Below are positions 1 to 13,800 of a stretch of 64,000 nucleotides of DNA, piece after piece. The stretch spans positions 1 to 64,000 of the forward strand of contig CM082590.2 in assembly GCA_040954595.2 (NCBI GenBank). The letters run 5' to 3'. The notes under the pieces are model-generated. The model was not told where the DNA came from, made no database searches, and saw only the letters and a list, made by a program, of their open reading frames with translations. Numbering within the stretch: position 1 is the stretch's first letter; each line of letters opens with the position of its first letter. The DNA comes from Balanoglossus misakiensis. Taxonomy: Eukaryota; Animalia; Hemichordata. A program made the translations under genes and the position numbers.

Positions 1-3000
1 CAACCCTAACCCTAACCCACCCTAACCCTCACCCTAATCCTAACCTAACCCTAACCCTAACCCTAACCCTAACCCCTAACCCTAACCCTAACCCAAACCC
101 TAACCCTAACCCTAACCCTAACCCTAACCTAACCCTAACCCCTAACCCTAACCCTACCCTAACCCTAACCCTAACCCTAACCCTAAACCCAAACCCTCCC
201 CTAACCCTAACCCTAACCCTAACCCTAACCCTAACCCTAACCCTAACCCTAACCCTAACCCTAACCCTAACCCTAACCCTAACCCTAACCCTAACCCAAA
301 CTAACCCTACCCTAACCCTAACCCTAACCCTAACCCTAACCTAACCCTAACCCTAACCCTAACCCTAACCCTAACCCTAACCCTAACCCTAACCCTAACC
401 CTAACCCTAACCCTAACCCTAACCCTAACCCTAACCCTAACCCTAACCCTAACCCTAACCCTAACCCTAACCCTAACCCTAACCCTAACCCTAACCCTAA
501 CCCTAACCCTAACCCTAACCCTAACCCTAACCCTAACCCTAACCCTAACCCTAACCCTAACCCTAACCCTAACCCTAACCCTAACCCTAACCCTAACCCT
601 AACCCTAACCCTAACCCTAACCCTAACCCTAACCCTAACCCTAACCCTAACCCTAACCCTAACCCTAACCCTAACCCTAACCCTAACCCTAACCCTAACC
701 CTAACCCTAACCCTAACCCTAACCCTAACCCTAACCCTAACCCTAACCCTAACCCTAACCCTAACCCTAACCCTAACCCTAACCCTAACCCTAACCCTAA
801 CCCTAACCCTAACCCTAACCCTAACCCTAACCCTAACCCTAACCCTAACCCTAACCCTAACCCTAACCCTAACCCTAACCCTAACCCTAACCCTAACCCT
901 AACCCTAACCCTAACCCTAACCCTAACCCTAACCCTAACCCTAACCCTAACCCTAACCCTAACCCTAACCCTAACCCTAACCCTAACCCTAACCCTAACC
1001 CTAACCCTAACCCTAACCCTAACCCTAACCCTAACCCTAACCCTAACCCTAACCCTAACCCTAACCCTAACCCTAACCCTAACCCTAACCCTAACCCTAA
1101 CCCTAACCCTAACCCTAACCCTAACCCTAACCCTAACCCTAACCCTAACCCTAACCCTAACCCTAACCCTAACCCTAACCCTAACCCTAACCCTAACCCT
1201 AACCCTAACCCTAACCCTAACCCTAACCCTAACCCTAACCCTAACCCTAACCCTAACCCTAACCCTAACCCTAACCCTAACCCTAACCCTAACCCTAACC
1301 CTAACCCTAACCCTAACCCTAACCCTAACCCTAACCCTAACCCTAACCCTAACCCTAACCCTAACCCTAACCCTAACCCTAACCCTAACCCTAACCCTAA
1401 CCCTAACCCTAACCCTAACCCTAACCCTAACCCTAACCCTAACCCTAACCCTAACCCTAACCCTAACCCTAACCCTAACCCTAACCCTAACCCTAACCCT
1501 AACCCTAACCCTAACCCTAACCCTAACCCTAACCCTAACCCTAACCCTAACCCTAACCCTAACCCTAACCCTAACCCTAACCCTAACCCTAACCCTAACC
1601 CTAACCCTAACCCTAACCCTAACCCTAACCCTAACCCTAACCCTAACCCTAACCCTAACCCTAACCCTAACCCTAACCCTAACCCTAACCCTAACCCTAA
1701 CCCTAACCCTAACCCTAACCCTAACCCTAACCCTAACCCTAACCCTAACCCTAACCCTAACCCTAACCCTAACCCTAACCCTAACCCTAACCCTAACCCT
1801 AACCCTAACCCTAACCCTAACCCTAACCCTAACCCTAACCCTAACCCTAACCCTAACCCTAACCCTAACCCTAACCCTAACCCTAACCCTAACCCTAACC
1901 CTAACCCTAACCCTAACCCTAACCCTAACCCTAACCCTAACCCTAACCCTAACCCTAACCCTAACCCTAACCCTAACCCTAACCCTAACCCTAACCCTAA
2001 CCCTAACCCTAACCCTAACCCTAACCCTAACCCTAACCCTAACCCTAACCCTAACCCTAACCCTAACCCTAACCCTAACCCTAACCCTAACCCTAACCCT
2101 AACCCTAACCCTAACCCTAACCCTAACCCTAACCCTAACCCTAACCCTAACCCTAACCCTAACCCTAACCCTAACCCTAACCCTAACCCTAACCCTAACC
2201 CTAACCCTAACCCTAACCCTAACCCTAACCCTAACCCTAACCCTAACCCTAACCCTAACCCTAACCCTAACCCTAACCCTAACCCTAACCCTAACCCTAA
2301 CCCTAACCCTAACCCTAACCCTAACCCTAACCCTAACCCTAACCCTAACCCTAACCCTAACCCTAACCCTAACCCTAACCCTAACCCTAACCCTAACCCT
2401 AACCCTAACCCTAACCCTAACCCTAACCCTAACCCTAACCCTAACCCTAACCCTAACCCTAACCCTAACCCTAACCCTAACCCTAACCCTAACCCTAACC
2501 CTAACCCTAACCCTAACCCTAACCCTAACCCTAACCCTAACCCTAACCCTAACCCTAACCCTAACCCTAACCCTAACCCTAACCCTAACCCTAACCCTAA
2601 CCCTAACCCTAACCCTAACCCTAACCCTAACCCTAACCCTAACCCTAACCCTAACCCTAACCCTAACCCTAACCCTAACCCTAACCCTAACCCTAACCCT
2701 AACCCTAACCCTAACCCTAACCCTAACCCTAACCCTAACCCTAACCCTAACCCTAACCCTAACCCTAACCCTAACCCTAACCCTAACCCTAACCCTAACC
2801 CTAACCCTAACCCTAACCCTAACCCTAACCCTAACCCTAACCCTAACCCTAACCCTAACCCTAACCCTAACCCTAACCCTAACCCTAACCCTAACCCTAA
2901 CCCTAACCCTAACCCTAACCCTAACCCTAACCCTAACCCTAACCCTAACCCTAACCCTAACCCTAACCCTAACCCTAACCCTAACCCTAACCCTAACCCT

Positions 3001-3138
3001 AACCCTAACCCTAACCCTAACCCTAACCCTAACCCTAACCCTAACCCTAACCCTAACCCTAACCCTAACCCTAACCCTAACCCTAACCCTAACCCTAACC
3101 CTAACCCTAACCCTAACCCTAACCCTAACCCTAACCCT
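1..3138 (-). repeat. Telomeric array (CCCTAA)n, i.e. (TTAGGG)n on the minus strand; left chromosome end
   Basis: Perfect CCCTAA hexamers from about 340 to 3138. The first ~340 bp has scattered 1-bp indels and substitutions. The C-rich strand is on + at the start of the sequence, the expected polarity for a left end. Confidence 0.99.
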
Positions 3139-3145
3139 CAAACCC

Positions 3146-3530
3146 TTGACATTGGACCCTTGACCCCTTGATCTTTGATCTCCAAAACTTGAACACTAAC
3201 CCTTGACCATTGAACCTTCAACTTTAAACCTTGACCCTTGACCTCTTGACCTTAACTCCAACTTCTGATTTTTAACTCTAACCCTTGACCTTTGACCCCT
3301 TGATCCTTAATCTCCAACTCTTGAACTCTAACCCTTGACCTTTGATCTTTGACCCTTGAAATATAACCTTTGACCTTTGAACCCTTGACCCTTGATCTCC
3401 AACTCTTGAACTCTAACCCTTGAGCTTTGAACCTTCAACTCTAACCCTTGACCCTTGACCTCTTGACCTTAACTCCAACTTATGACTTTTGAACTCTAAC
3501 CCTTGACTTTTGACCCTTGACCTTTGACCA
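3146..3530 (-). repeat. Distal arm of the subtelomeric repeat; inverted copy of 5107-5491
   Basis: The reverse complement of 3146-3530 aligns without gaps to 5107-5491 (385 bp; I saw 2 mismatches). It includes the diagnostic variants AAAGCTCAAGGG, GGTTATATTTC, TTAAAAATCAG and GGGTCCAATGTCAA. Confidence 0.92.
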
Positions 3531-5940
3531 GGTCAAGGGTGAGAGTTCAAAAGTCAAAAATTGGAGTTAAGGTCAAGAGTCAAGGGTTAGAGTTGAAGGT
3601 TCAAAGGTCAAGGGTTAGAGTTCAAGAGTTGAAGCTCAAGGATCAAGGGGTCAAAGAGTCAAAGGATAGATTTCAAGGGTCAAAGGTCGAGGGTCAAAGG
3701 TCAAGGGTCAAAGGTCAAGGGTTAGAGTTAAAAAGTCAAAAGTTGGAGTTAAGGTCAAGAGGTCAAGAGTCTAGGGTCAGAGTTGAAGGTTCAAAGGTCA
3801 AGGGTTAGAGTTCAAGAGTTGGAGATCAAGGATCATCGGGTCAAAGGTCAAAGGTTACATTTCAATGGTCAAAGGTCAAGGGTCAAATGTCAAGGGTTAG
3901 AGTTCAAAAGTCATAAGTTGGAGTTAAGGTCAAGAGGTCTAGGGTCAGGGGGTAGTGTTGAAAGTTCAAAGGTCAAGGGTGAGAGTACAAGGGTTGGAGA
4001 TCTAGGATCAAGCGGTCAAAGTGTCAAGGGTCAAAGGTTAGATTTCAAGGGTGAAAGGTCATGGTTCAAAGGTCAAGGGTTAGAGTTCAAAAGTCAAAAG
4101 TTGGAGTTAAGGTCAGGAGGTCAAGAGTCAAGGGTTAGAGTTCAGGAATTGGAGATCAAGGGGTCAAAGGGTCAAAGGGTCAAGGGTCAAAGGTTAGATT
4201 TCAAGGGTCAAAGGTCAAGGGTCAAAGGTCAAGGGTTAGAGTTCAAAAGTCAAAGTTGGAGTTAAGGTCAAGAGGTCAAGGGTCTAGGGTTAGAATTGAA
4301 GGTTCAAAGGTCAAGGGTTAGAGTTCAAGAGTTGGAGATCAAGGTTCAAGGGGTCAAGGGTCAAAGGTCAAGGGTGGGAGTTCAAAAGTCAAAAATTGGA
4401 GTTAAGGTCAAGAGGACAAGAGTCAAGGGTTAGAGTTGAAGGTTCAAAGGTCAAGGGTTAGAGTTCAAGAGTTGAAGCTCAAGGATCAAGGATCAAGGGG
4501 TCAAAGGTTACATTTCAATGGTCAAAGGTCAAGGTTCAAAAGTCAAGGGTTAGAGTTCAAAAGTCAGAAGTTGGAGTTAAGGTCAAGAGGTCAAGGGTCA
4601 AGGGTTAGAGTTGAAGGTTCAAAGGTCAAGGGTTAGAGTTCAAGAGTTGTAGATCAAGGATCAAGGGGTCAAAGATCAAAGGTTACATTTCAAGGGTCAA
4701 AGGTCAAGGGTCAAAGGTCAAGGGTTAGACGTCAAACGTCAAAAGTTGGAGTTTAGGTCAAGAGGTCAAGAGTCAAGGGTTAGAGTTGAAGGTTCAAAGG
4801 TCAAGGGTTAGAGTTGAAGGTTCAAAGTCAAGAGTTAGAGTTCAAGAGTTGAAATGAAGGGTCAAGGGTTCAAAGGTCAAAGGTTACATTTCAAGGGTCA
4901 AAGATCAAAGGTCAAGGGTTAGAGTTCAAGAGTTGGAGATCAAGGTTCAAGGGGTCAAGGGTCAAAGGTCAAGGGTGAGAGTTCAAAAGTCAAAAATTGG
5001 AGTTAAGGTCAAGAGGTCAAGGGTCAAGGTTTAAAGTTGAAGGTTCAAAGGTCAAGGGTTAGAGTTCAAGTTTTGGAGGGGTCAAAGGTCAAAGGTTACA
5101 TTTCAATGGTCAAAGGTCAAGGGTCAAAAGTCAAGGGTTAGAGTTCAAAAGTCATAAGTTGGAGTTAAGGTCAAGAGGTCAAGGGTCAAGGGTTAGAGTT
5201 GAAGGTTCAAAGCTCAAGGGTTAGAGTTCAAGAGTTGGAGATCAAGGGTCAAGGGTTCAAAGGTCAAAGGTTATATTTCAAGGGTCAAAGATCAAAGGTC
5301 AAGGGTTAGAGTTCAAGAGTTGGAGATTAAGGATCAAGGGGTCAAAGGTCAAGGGTTAGAGTTAAAAATCAGAAGTTGGAGTTAAGGTCAAGAGGTCAAG
5401 GGTCAAGGTTTAAAGTTGAAGGTTCAAAGGTCAAGGGTTAGAGTTCAAGTTTTGGAGATCAAAGATCAAGGGGTCAAGGGTCCAATGTCAATTGTTTGAT
5501 TTCAAAAGTTAAAAGTTGGAGTTAAGGTCAAGAGGTCAAGGGTCAAGGTTAAAAGTTGAAGGTTCAAAGGTCAAGGGTTAGAGTTCAAGTTTTGGAGATC
5601 AAAGATCAAGGGGTCTAGGGTCAACGTTTAAGGGTTAACGTTCAAAAGTAAAAAGTTTGAGTTAAGCTTAAGGTGTCAAATGTCATAGGTTAGAGTTGAT
5701 GGTTCAAAGGTCAAGGGTTAGAGTTCAAGAGTTTGAGATAAAGGAACAGAAGTCAATGGTCAAGGATAAAAGGACAAAGGATCAGTGGCCAAAGATTAGA
5801 TTTTAAGGTTCAAATGATAAAGTTCAAGGTTCAAGGGATACAATTTAAGGGTCAAAGGTTCAACTGTAATAATTCAAGATTTAAATGTTAGAGTTCAGGG
5901 GTCAAGGGTTAGGATTCAAGGGTCACGGGTAAGAGTTGAT
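3531..5940 (+). repeat. Degenerate subtelomeric tandem repeat built from ~7-bp motifs (GGTCAAG / GGTTAGA / GTTCAAA), in irregular ~140-250 bp higher units
   Basis: The block (A)GTTGGAGTTAAGGTCAAGAGG or close variants recur at about 3561, 3741, 3917, 4099, 4255, 4396, 4569, 4744, 4997, 5157, 5374 and 5514. There are many GGGTTAG telomere-like seeds. The repeat decays after about 5640. Confidence 0.92.
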
Positions 5941-7845
5941 TTAATACCGTATTAAACTTTTTTTCGGACCAAAATATTGCGTTTTATTTACTATTTTCAA
6001 AGGGGTATTTATGATAATCGAATATTGTATTAATTGGTAAATTAGATTGCTTGTAAAGTTTAAATGCTTATGGAATCGTTTTTAATATAAAAATGCAATA
6101 AGGAACAAACAACGTTTTGATGTCGTGTTGAGCAGTTTTCGTGCAAAAAAAAATGGGTTAAAAGTAATACTTTTAATGATAGTTTTAGAATTATTAAAAA
6201 GCGTTACATAGCCTGTAGTCGGGAGTATTTTTATAAGAATTGCTGTTTAATTCATTTTTCGGTCAAAAAAGGCAATGTGAATATAACATCAATTTTACAT
6301 CGAATTAAACATTTTTCTTAAAAAAATGAGTTTCAGATATAATTTTCAATGAAAGGTTTTATAATGATCAATATTATCAAAGAAAGTGTTTTAAACCTTA
6401 AAATAGATGTGTTCTAATATAGGATCGCTTATTAAATCACTTTTTATTCAATATAGGCAATGTTATAATAACATCGATTACATACCGTAAAAAACATTTT
6501 TCATACTAAAAAAATGAATTTTATTTAAAATTCTAAAAAAGGCATTGTATGATGAGCTAACAGTGTTTTAACCCCAAAACTGTGTTTTCAAAATTGTAAT
6601 GCTAATTGAATCGTTTTTAATATCGTTTTGAGAAATACTTTCAAAGAAATTTTTTAGAATGATAAAAAGCAATAAAAAGCATTAAATCAGTGTATTTTTC
6701 TATTATTAAATTATTTTATTTCAAACTATGCAATGTTAATAAAACCTTTCTTAGCCAAATTATGAATTTATATTTTCAGAGAAAAAATTTAAAAGGATTT
6801 AGAAGTGTCAATAAGCATAAACGTAGGTGTTTTTGAATTTGAAACAATTGTTTAATCATGTAATGAAAATTATGAGAAAGGGAACAAATATCGAACATTA
6901 AACAGTTTAGTGCCGAAATAAAGGTTGGTTTTATATTAAATTTAGAACAATTTCAAAGTGTCCAAAACCTTAAATCAGATAGCATTTACACAACAATTGC
7001 TTTTTTAATCATTTACATTCAAAATACGCAATTCGAGTGTAACATTGACTTTATGTCGTATAAACATTTTTCTTGGGAAAAAAATGAATATTATATAAAA
7101 TTTTCATGAACAGTTTTCGTGCCCAAAATATGGGTGTTTTATTATTATTATCAAAGATTAATATAGATTATAGTAAGTGTTTAAAGCCTGAAATCGATGT
7201 GTATTCATATTAAAAACGCTTATTAAATAAATTTTATTTAAGATACGCAATACCATTATAACATCGATTTTTATGCCTTAAGTAGAGTGCTTTTAAATTT
7301 AAAATGCTATTTATTATAAACATGCGATATGGAACAAACATCATTTTAATATCGTATTGAACAGTTTTCAAGCCCCCAAAATTTGTGTCCTTATAATATT
7401 TTCAAAGAAAGAATGATAACAAAGTGTTATTAAGCCTAAAATCGATTTGTATTCGCAGAAAAGCGCTTAGTAAATAAATTACTTCAAAATACGCAAATTA
7501 ATATAAAATCGATTTTACATAATCTTTCAGTGTTTCATGCCTAAATTAGAGTGTTTTTAAATTTGAAATGTTTGTTGTCTTTTTTAATATAAAAAAACGC
7601 AATATGGAACATGCATCATTTTCTGTCGTAAAAGTTTTCGTACCAAAGAAATGTTATAGATTGATTTATAAATGTTTATAAGGGATGTTTCTGAGTTTGA
7701 AATCATTACTAATTAATGTTTATCAAAAACCGTACGATATAAAAAAAAATGTGTGTTTTTAAATATGGACTCCTCATTAAATCATATTTATTATAAACAT
7801 GTGATATGGAACAAACAACTTTATAATATCGTATTGAACAGTTTT
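5941..7845. repeat. AT-rich, highly decayed tandem repeat related to the 623-bp satellite
   Basis: Motifs like ATAACATCGATTT (~6283, 6467, 7258) and ACAGTTTTCG..CCAAAA (~6132, 7109, 7361, 7838) recur. 7310-7415 resembles 7790-7895, which runs into the first satellite copy. Confidence 0.65.
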
Positions 7846-10800
7846 CGAGCCCAAAAAATGGTTGTTTTTATTATATTTTCGAAGAAAGAATGTAGAATGA
7901 TTAAATAGTGTTTCAAAGCCGAAAGAGGGGTGCATTTATGTTAGAATTGCTTGTTAATTAATTTTCTTCCGAAATATGAAATTTGAATATAACATCGATT
8001 TGAACATGCTTAAAACGTTTTTAGTAAAGAAATAAAGCGTTTTATTCAAATTTTCAGAAAAGGGATTAATAATGATCCTATAGTGTTTTCGACGCCATAA
8101 TTAGAGTGTTTTTAAATTTAAATTGCTCATTATATCATTTTCTTTAAAAACAGTCGATCTTTAACAAAGATTGAGTTAATAACATATTGAACTCATTTCG
8201 TGGCAAAATAATGATTTAAGTAATTATTTCAAAGAATAATTGCAAAATCGTCATAAATAAGTTACTTTGATAAGATCTTTATTATATATCTGAGGTGATT
8301 TTATTTTGATTGAATTGAATTTGATTTATTTAAATTTGATTTGTGTGCTATTCCTCATATTAGGTGAAATGGGCGCAATGAGCACATATTTTAATAAACT
8401 CAAATAGGAGAAATTGTACAATGAAGCTTCACTAAGTGTAAAAATTCTTAGCGTTTGTATGTGCCTTTTCGAACCCAAAAAATGGTTGTTTTTATTATAT
8501 TTTCGAAGAAAGAATTTAGAATGATTAAATAGTGTTTCAAGCCGAAAGAGTTGTGCATTTATGTTAGAATTGCTTGTTAATTAATTTTCTTCCGAAATAT
8601 GAAATTTGAATATAACATCGATTTGAACATGCTTAAAACGTTTTTAGTAAAGAAATAAAGCGTTTTATTCAAATTTTCAGAAAAGGGATTAATAATGATC
8701 CTATAGTGTTTTCGACGCCATAATTAGAGTGTTTTTAAATTTAAATTGCTCATTATATCATTTTCTTTAAAAACAGTCGATCTTTAACAAAGATTGAGTT
8801 AATAACATATTGAACTCATTTCGTGGCAAAATAATGATTTAAGTAATTATTTCAAAGAATAATTGCAAAATCGTCATAAATAAGTTACTTTGATAAGATC
8901 TTTATTATATATCTGAGGTGATTTTATTTTGATTGAATTGAATTTGATTTATTTAAATTTGATTTGTGTGCTATTCCTCATATTAGGTGAAATGGGCGCA
9001 ATGAGCACATATTTTAATAAAATCAAATAGGAGAAATTGTACATTGAAGCTTCACTAAGTGTAAAAATTCTTAGCGTTTGTATGTGCCTTTTCGAACCCA
9101 AAAAATGGTTGTTTTTATCATATTTTCGAAGAAAGAATTTAGAATGATTAAATAGTGTTTCAAGCCGAAAGAGTTGTGCATTTATGTTAGAATTGCTTGT
9201 TAATTAATTTTCTTCCGAAATATGAAATTTGAATATAACATCGATTTGAACATGCTTAAAACGTTTTAAATAAAGAAATAAAGCGTTTTATTCATATTTA
9301 CAGAAAAGTGATTCATAATAAACCTACAGTGTTTTTGACGCCATAATTAGATTGTTTTTAAATTTAAATTGCTCATTTAATCATTTTCTTTAAAAACAGT
9401 CGATCTTTAACAAAGATTGAGTTAATAACATATTGAACTCTTTTCGTCGCAAAATAATTGTTTAAGTAATTATTTCAAAGAATAATTGCAAAATCGTCAT
9501 AAATAAGTTACTTTGATAAGATCTTTATTATATATCTGAGGTGATTTTATTTTGATTGAATTGAATTTGATTTATTTAAATTTGATTTGTGTGCTATTCC
9601 TCATATTAGGTGAAATGGGCGCAATGAGCACATATTTTAATAAACTCAAATAGGAGAAATTGTACATTGAAGCTTCACTAAGTGTAAAAATTCTTAGCGT
9701 TTGTATGTGCCTTTTCGAACCCAAAAAATGGTTGTTTTTATTATATTTTCGAAGAAAGAATTTAGAATGATTAAATAGTGTTTCAAGCCGAAAGAGTTGT
9801 GCATTTATGTTAGAATTGCTTGTTAATTAATTTTCTTCCGAAATATGAAATTTGAATATAACATCGATTTGAACATGCTTAAAACGTTTTTAGTAAAGAA
9901 ATAAAGCGTTTTATTCAAATTTTCAGAAAAGGGATTAATAATGATCCTATAGTGTTTTCGACGCCATAATTAGAGTGTTTTTAAATTTAAATTGCTCATT
10001 ATATCATTTTCTTTAAAAACAGTCGATCTTTAACAAAGATTGAGTTAATAACATATTGAACTCATTTCGTGGCAAAATAATGATTTAAGTAATTATTTCA
10101 AAGAATAATTGCAAAATCGTCATAAATAAGTTACTTTGATAAGATTTTATTATATATCTGAGGTGATTTTATTTTGATTGAATTGAATTTGATTTATTTA
10201 AACTTGATTTGTGTGCTATTCCTCATATTAGGTGAAATGGGCGCAATGAGCACATATTTTAATAAACTCAAATAGGAGAAATTGTACATTGAAGCTTCAC
10301 TAAGTGTAAAAATTCTTAGCGTTTGTATGTGCCTTTTCGAACCCAAAAAATGGTTGTTTTTATTATATTTTCGAAGAAAGAATTTAGAATGATTAAATAG
10401 TGTTTCAAGCCGAAAGAGGTGTGCATTTATGTTAGAATTGCTTGTTAATTAATTTTCTTCCGAAATATGAAATTTGAATATAACATCGATTTGAACATGC
10501 TTAAAACGTTTTTAGTAAAGAAATAAAGCGTTTTATTCAAATTTTCAGAAAAGGGATTAATAATGATCCTATAGTGTTTTCGACGCCATAATTAGAGTGT
10601 TTTTAAATTTAAATTGCTCATTATATCATTTTCTTTAAAAACAGTCGATCTTTAACAAAAATTGAGTTAATAACATATTGAACTCATTTCGTGGCAAAAT
10701 AATGATTTAAGTAATTATTTCAAAGAATAATTGCAAAATCGTCATAAATAAGTTACTTTGATAAGATCTTTATTATATATCTGAGGTGATTTTATTTTGA

Positions 10801-13800
10801 TTGAATTGAATTTGATTTATTTAAATTTGATTTGTGTGCTATTCCTCATATTAGGTGAAATGGGCGCAATGAGCACATATTTTAATAAACTCAAATAGGA
10901 GAAATTGTACAATGAAGCTTCACTAAGTGTAAAAATTCTTAGCGTTTGTATGTGCCTTTTCGAACCCAAAAAATGGTTGTTTTTATTATATTTTCGAAGA
11001 AAGAATTTAGAATGATTAAATAGTGTTTCAAGCCGAAAGAGTTGTGCATTTATGTTAGAATTGCTTGTTAATTAATTTTCTTCCGAAATATGAAATTTGA
11101 ATATAACATCGATTTGAACATGCTTAAAACGTTTTTAGTAAAGAAATAAAGCGTTTTATTCAAATTTTCAGAAAAGGGATTAATAATGATCCTATAGTGT
11201 TTTCGACGCCATAATTAGAGTGTTTTTAAATTTAAATTGCTCATTATATCATTTTCTTTAAAAACAGTCGATCTTTAACAAAGATTGAGTTAATAACATA
11301 TTGAACTCATTTCGTGGCAAAATAATGATTTAAGTAATTATTTCAAAGAATAATTGCAAAATCGTCATAAATAAGTTACTTTGATAAGATCTTTATTATA
11401 TATCTGAGGTGATTTTATTTTGATTGAATTGAATTTGATTTATTTAAATTTGATTTGTGTGCTATTCCTCATATTAGGTGAAATGGGCGCAATGAGCACA
11501 TATTTTAATAAAATCAAATAGGAGAAATTGTACATTGAAGCTTCACTAAGTGTAAAAATTCTTAGCGTTTGTATGTGCCTTTTCGAACCCAAAAAATGGT
11601 TGTTTTTATTATATTTTCGAAGAAAGAATTTAGAATGATTAAATAGTGTTTCAAGCCGAAAGAGTTGTGCATTTATGTTAGAATTGCTTGTTAATTAATT
11701 TTCTTCCGAAATATGAAATTTGAATATAACATCGATTTGAACATGCTTAAAACGTTTTAAATAAAGAAATAAAGCGTTTTATTCATATTTACAGAAAAGT
11801 GATTCATAATAAACCTACAGTGTTTTTGACGCCATAATTAGATTGTTTTTAAATTTAAATTGCTCATTTAATCATTTTCTTTAAAAACAGTCGATCTTTA
11901 ACAAAGATTGAGTTAATAACATATTGAACTCTTTTCGTCGCAAAATAATTGTTTAAGTAATTATTTCAAAGAATAATTGCAAAATCGTCATAAATAAGTT
12001 ACTTTGATAAGATCTTTATTATATATCTGAGGTGATTTTATTTTGATTGAATTGAATTTGATTTATTTAAATTTGATTTGTGTGCTATTCCTCATATTAG
12101 GTGAAATGGGCGCAATGAGCACATATTTTAATAAACTCAAATAGGAGAAATTGTACATTGAAGCTTCACTAAGTGTAAAAATTCTTAGCGTTTGTATGTG
12201 CCTTTTCGAACCCAAAAAATGGTTGTTTTTATTATATTTTCGAAGAAAGAATTTAGAATGATTAAATAGTGTTTCAAGCCGAAAGAGTTGTGCATTTATG
12301 TTAGAATTGCTTGTTAATTAATTTTCTTCCGAAATATGAAATTTGAATATAACATCGATTTGAACATGCTTAAAACGTTTTTAGTAAAGAAATAAAGCGT
12401 TTTATTCAAATTTTCAGAAAAGGGATTAATAATGATCCTATAGTGTTTTCGACGCCATAATTAGAGTGTTTTTAAATTTAAATTGCTCATTATATCATTT
12501 TCTTTAAAAACAGTCGATCTTTAACAAAGATTGAGTTAATAACATATTGAACTCATTTCGTGGCAAAATAATGATTTAAGTAATTATTTCAAAGAATAAT
12601 TGCAAAATCGTCATAAATAAGTTACTTTGATAAGATTTTATTATATATCTGAGGTGATTTTATTTTGATTGAATTGAATTTGATTTATTTAAACTTGATT
12701 TGTGTGCTATTCCTCATATTAGGTGAAATGGGCGCAATGAGCACATATTTTAATAAACTCAAATAGGAGAAATTGTACATTGAAGCTTCACTAAGTGTAA
12801 AAATTCTTAGCGTTTGTATGTGCCTTTTCGAACCCAAAAAATGGTTGTTTTTATTATATTTTCGAAGAAAGAATTTAGAATGATTAAATAGTGTTTCAAG
12901 CCGAAAGAGGTGTGCATTTATGTTAGAATTGCTTGTTAATTAATTTTCTTCCGAAATATGAAATTTGAATATAACATCGATTTGAACATGCTTAAAACGT
13001 TTTTAGTAAAGAAATAAAGCGTTTTATTCAAATTTTCAGAAAAGGGATTAATAATGATCCTATAGTGTTTTCGACGCCATAATTAGAGTGTTTTTAAATT
13101 TAAATTGCTCATTATATCATTTTCTTTAAAAACAGTCGATCTTTAACAAAGATTGAGTTAATAACATATTGAACTCATTTCGTGGCAAAATAATGATTTA
13201 AGTAATTATTTCAAAGAATAATTGCAAAATCGTCATAAATAAGTTACTTTGATAAGATCTTTATTATATATCTGAGGTGATTTTATTTTGATTGAATTGA
13301 ATTTGATTTATTTAAATTTGATTTGTGTGCTATTCCTCATATTAGGTGAAATGGGCGCAATGAGCACATATTTTAATAAACTCAAATAGGAGAAATTGTA
13401 CATTGAAGCTTCACTAAGTGTAAAAATTCTTAGCGTTTGTATGTGCCTTTTCGAACCCAAAAAATGGTTGTTTTTATTATATTTTCGAAGAAAGAATTTA
13501 GAATGATTAAATAGTGTTTCAAGCCGAAAGAGGTGTGCATTTATGTTAGAATTGCTTGTTAATTAATTTTCTTCCGAAATATGAAATTTGAATATAACAT
13601 CGATTTGAACATGCTTAAAACGTTTTTAGTAAAGAAATAAAGCGTTTTATTCAAATTTTCAGAAAAGGGATTAATAATGATCCTATAGTGTTTTCGACGC
13701 CATAATTAGAGTGTTTTTAAATTTAAATTGCTCATTATATCATTTTCTTTAAAAACAGTCGATCTTTAACAAAGATTGAGTTAATAACATATTGAACTCA

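Noticed and set aside
1-340. Variant telomeric hexamers at the tip
   Set aside because: Scattered unpatterned 1-bp errors at a contig end are best explained by low-coverage consensus error.
307-3141. 944-aa (VR)n ORF
   Set aside because: It is the stop-free frame of (TTAGGG)n and starts at TTG. VR dipeptides from telomeric RNA have been reported in mammals, but nothing in this sequence indicates a gene.
3524-4636. K/R/G/S/V-rich ORFs
   Set aside because: They are translations of the degenerate GGTCAA repeat, with no domain and non-ATG starts.
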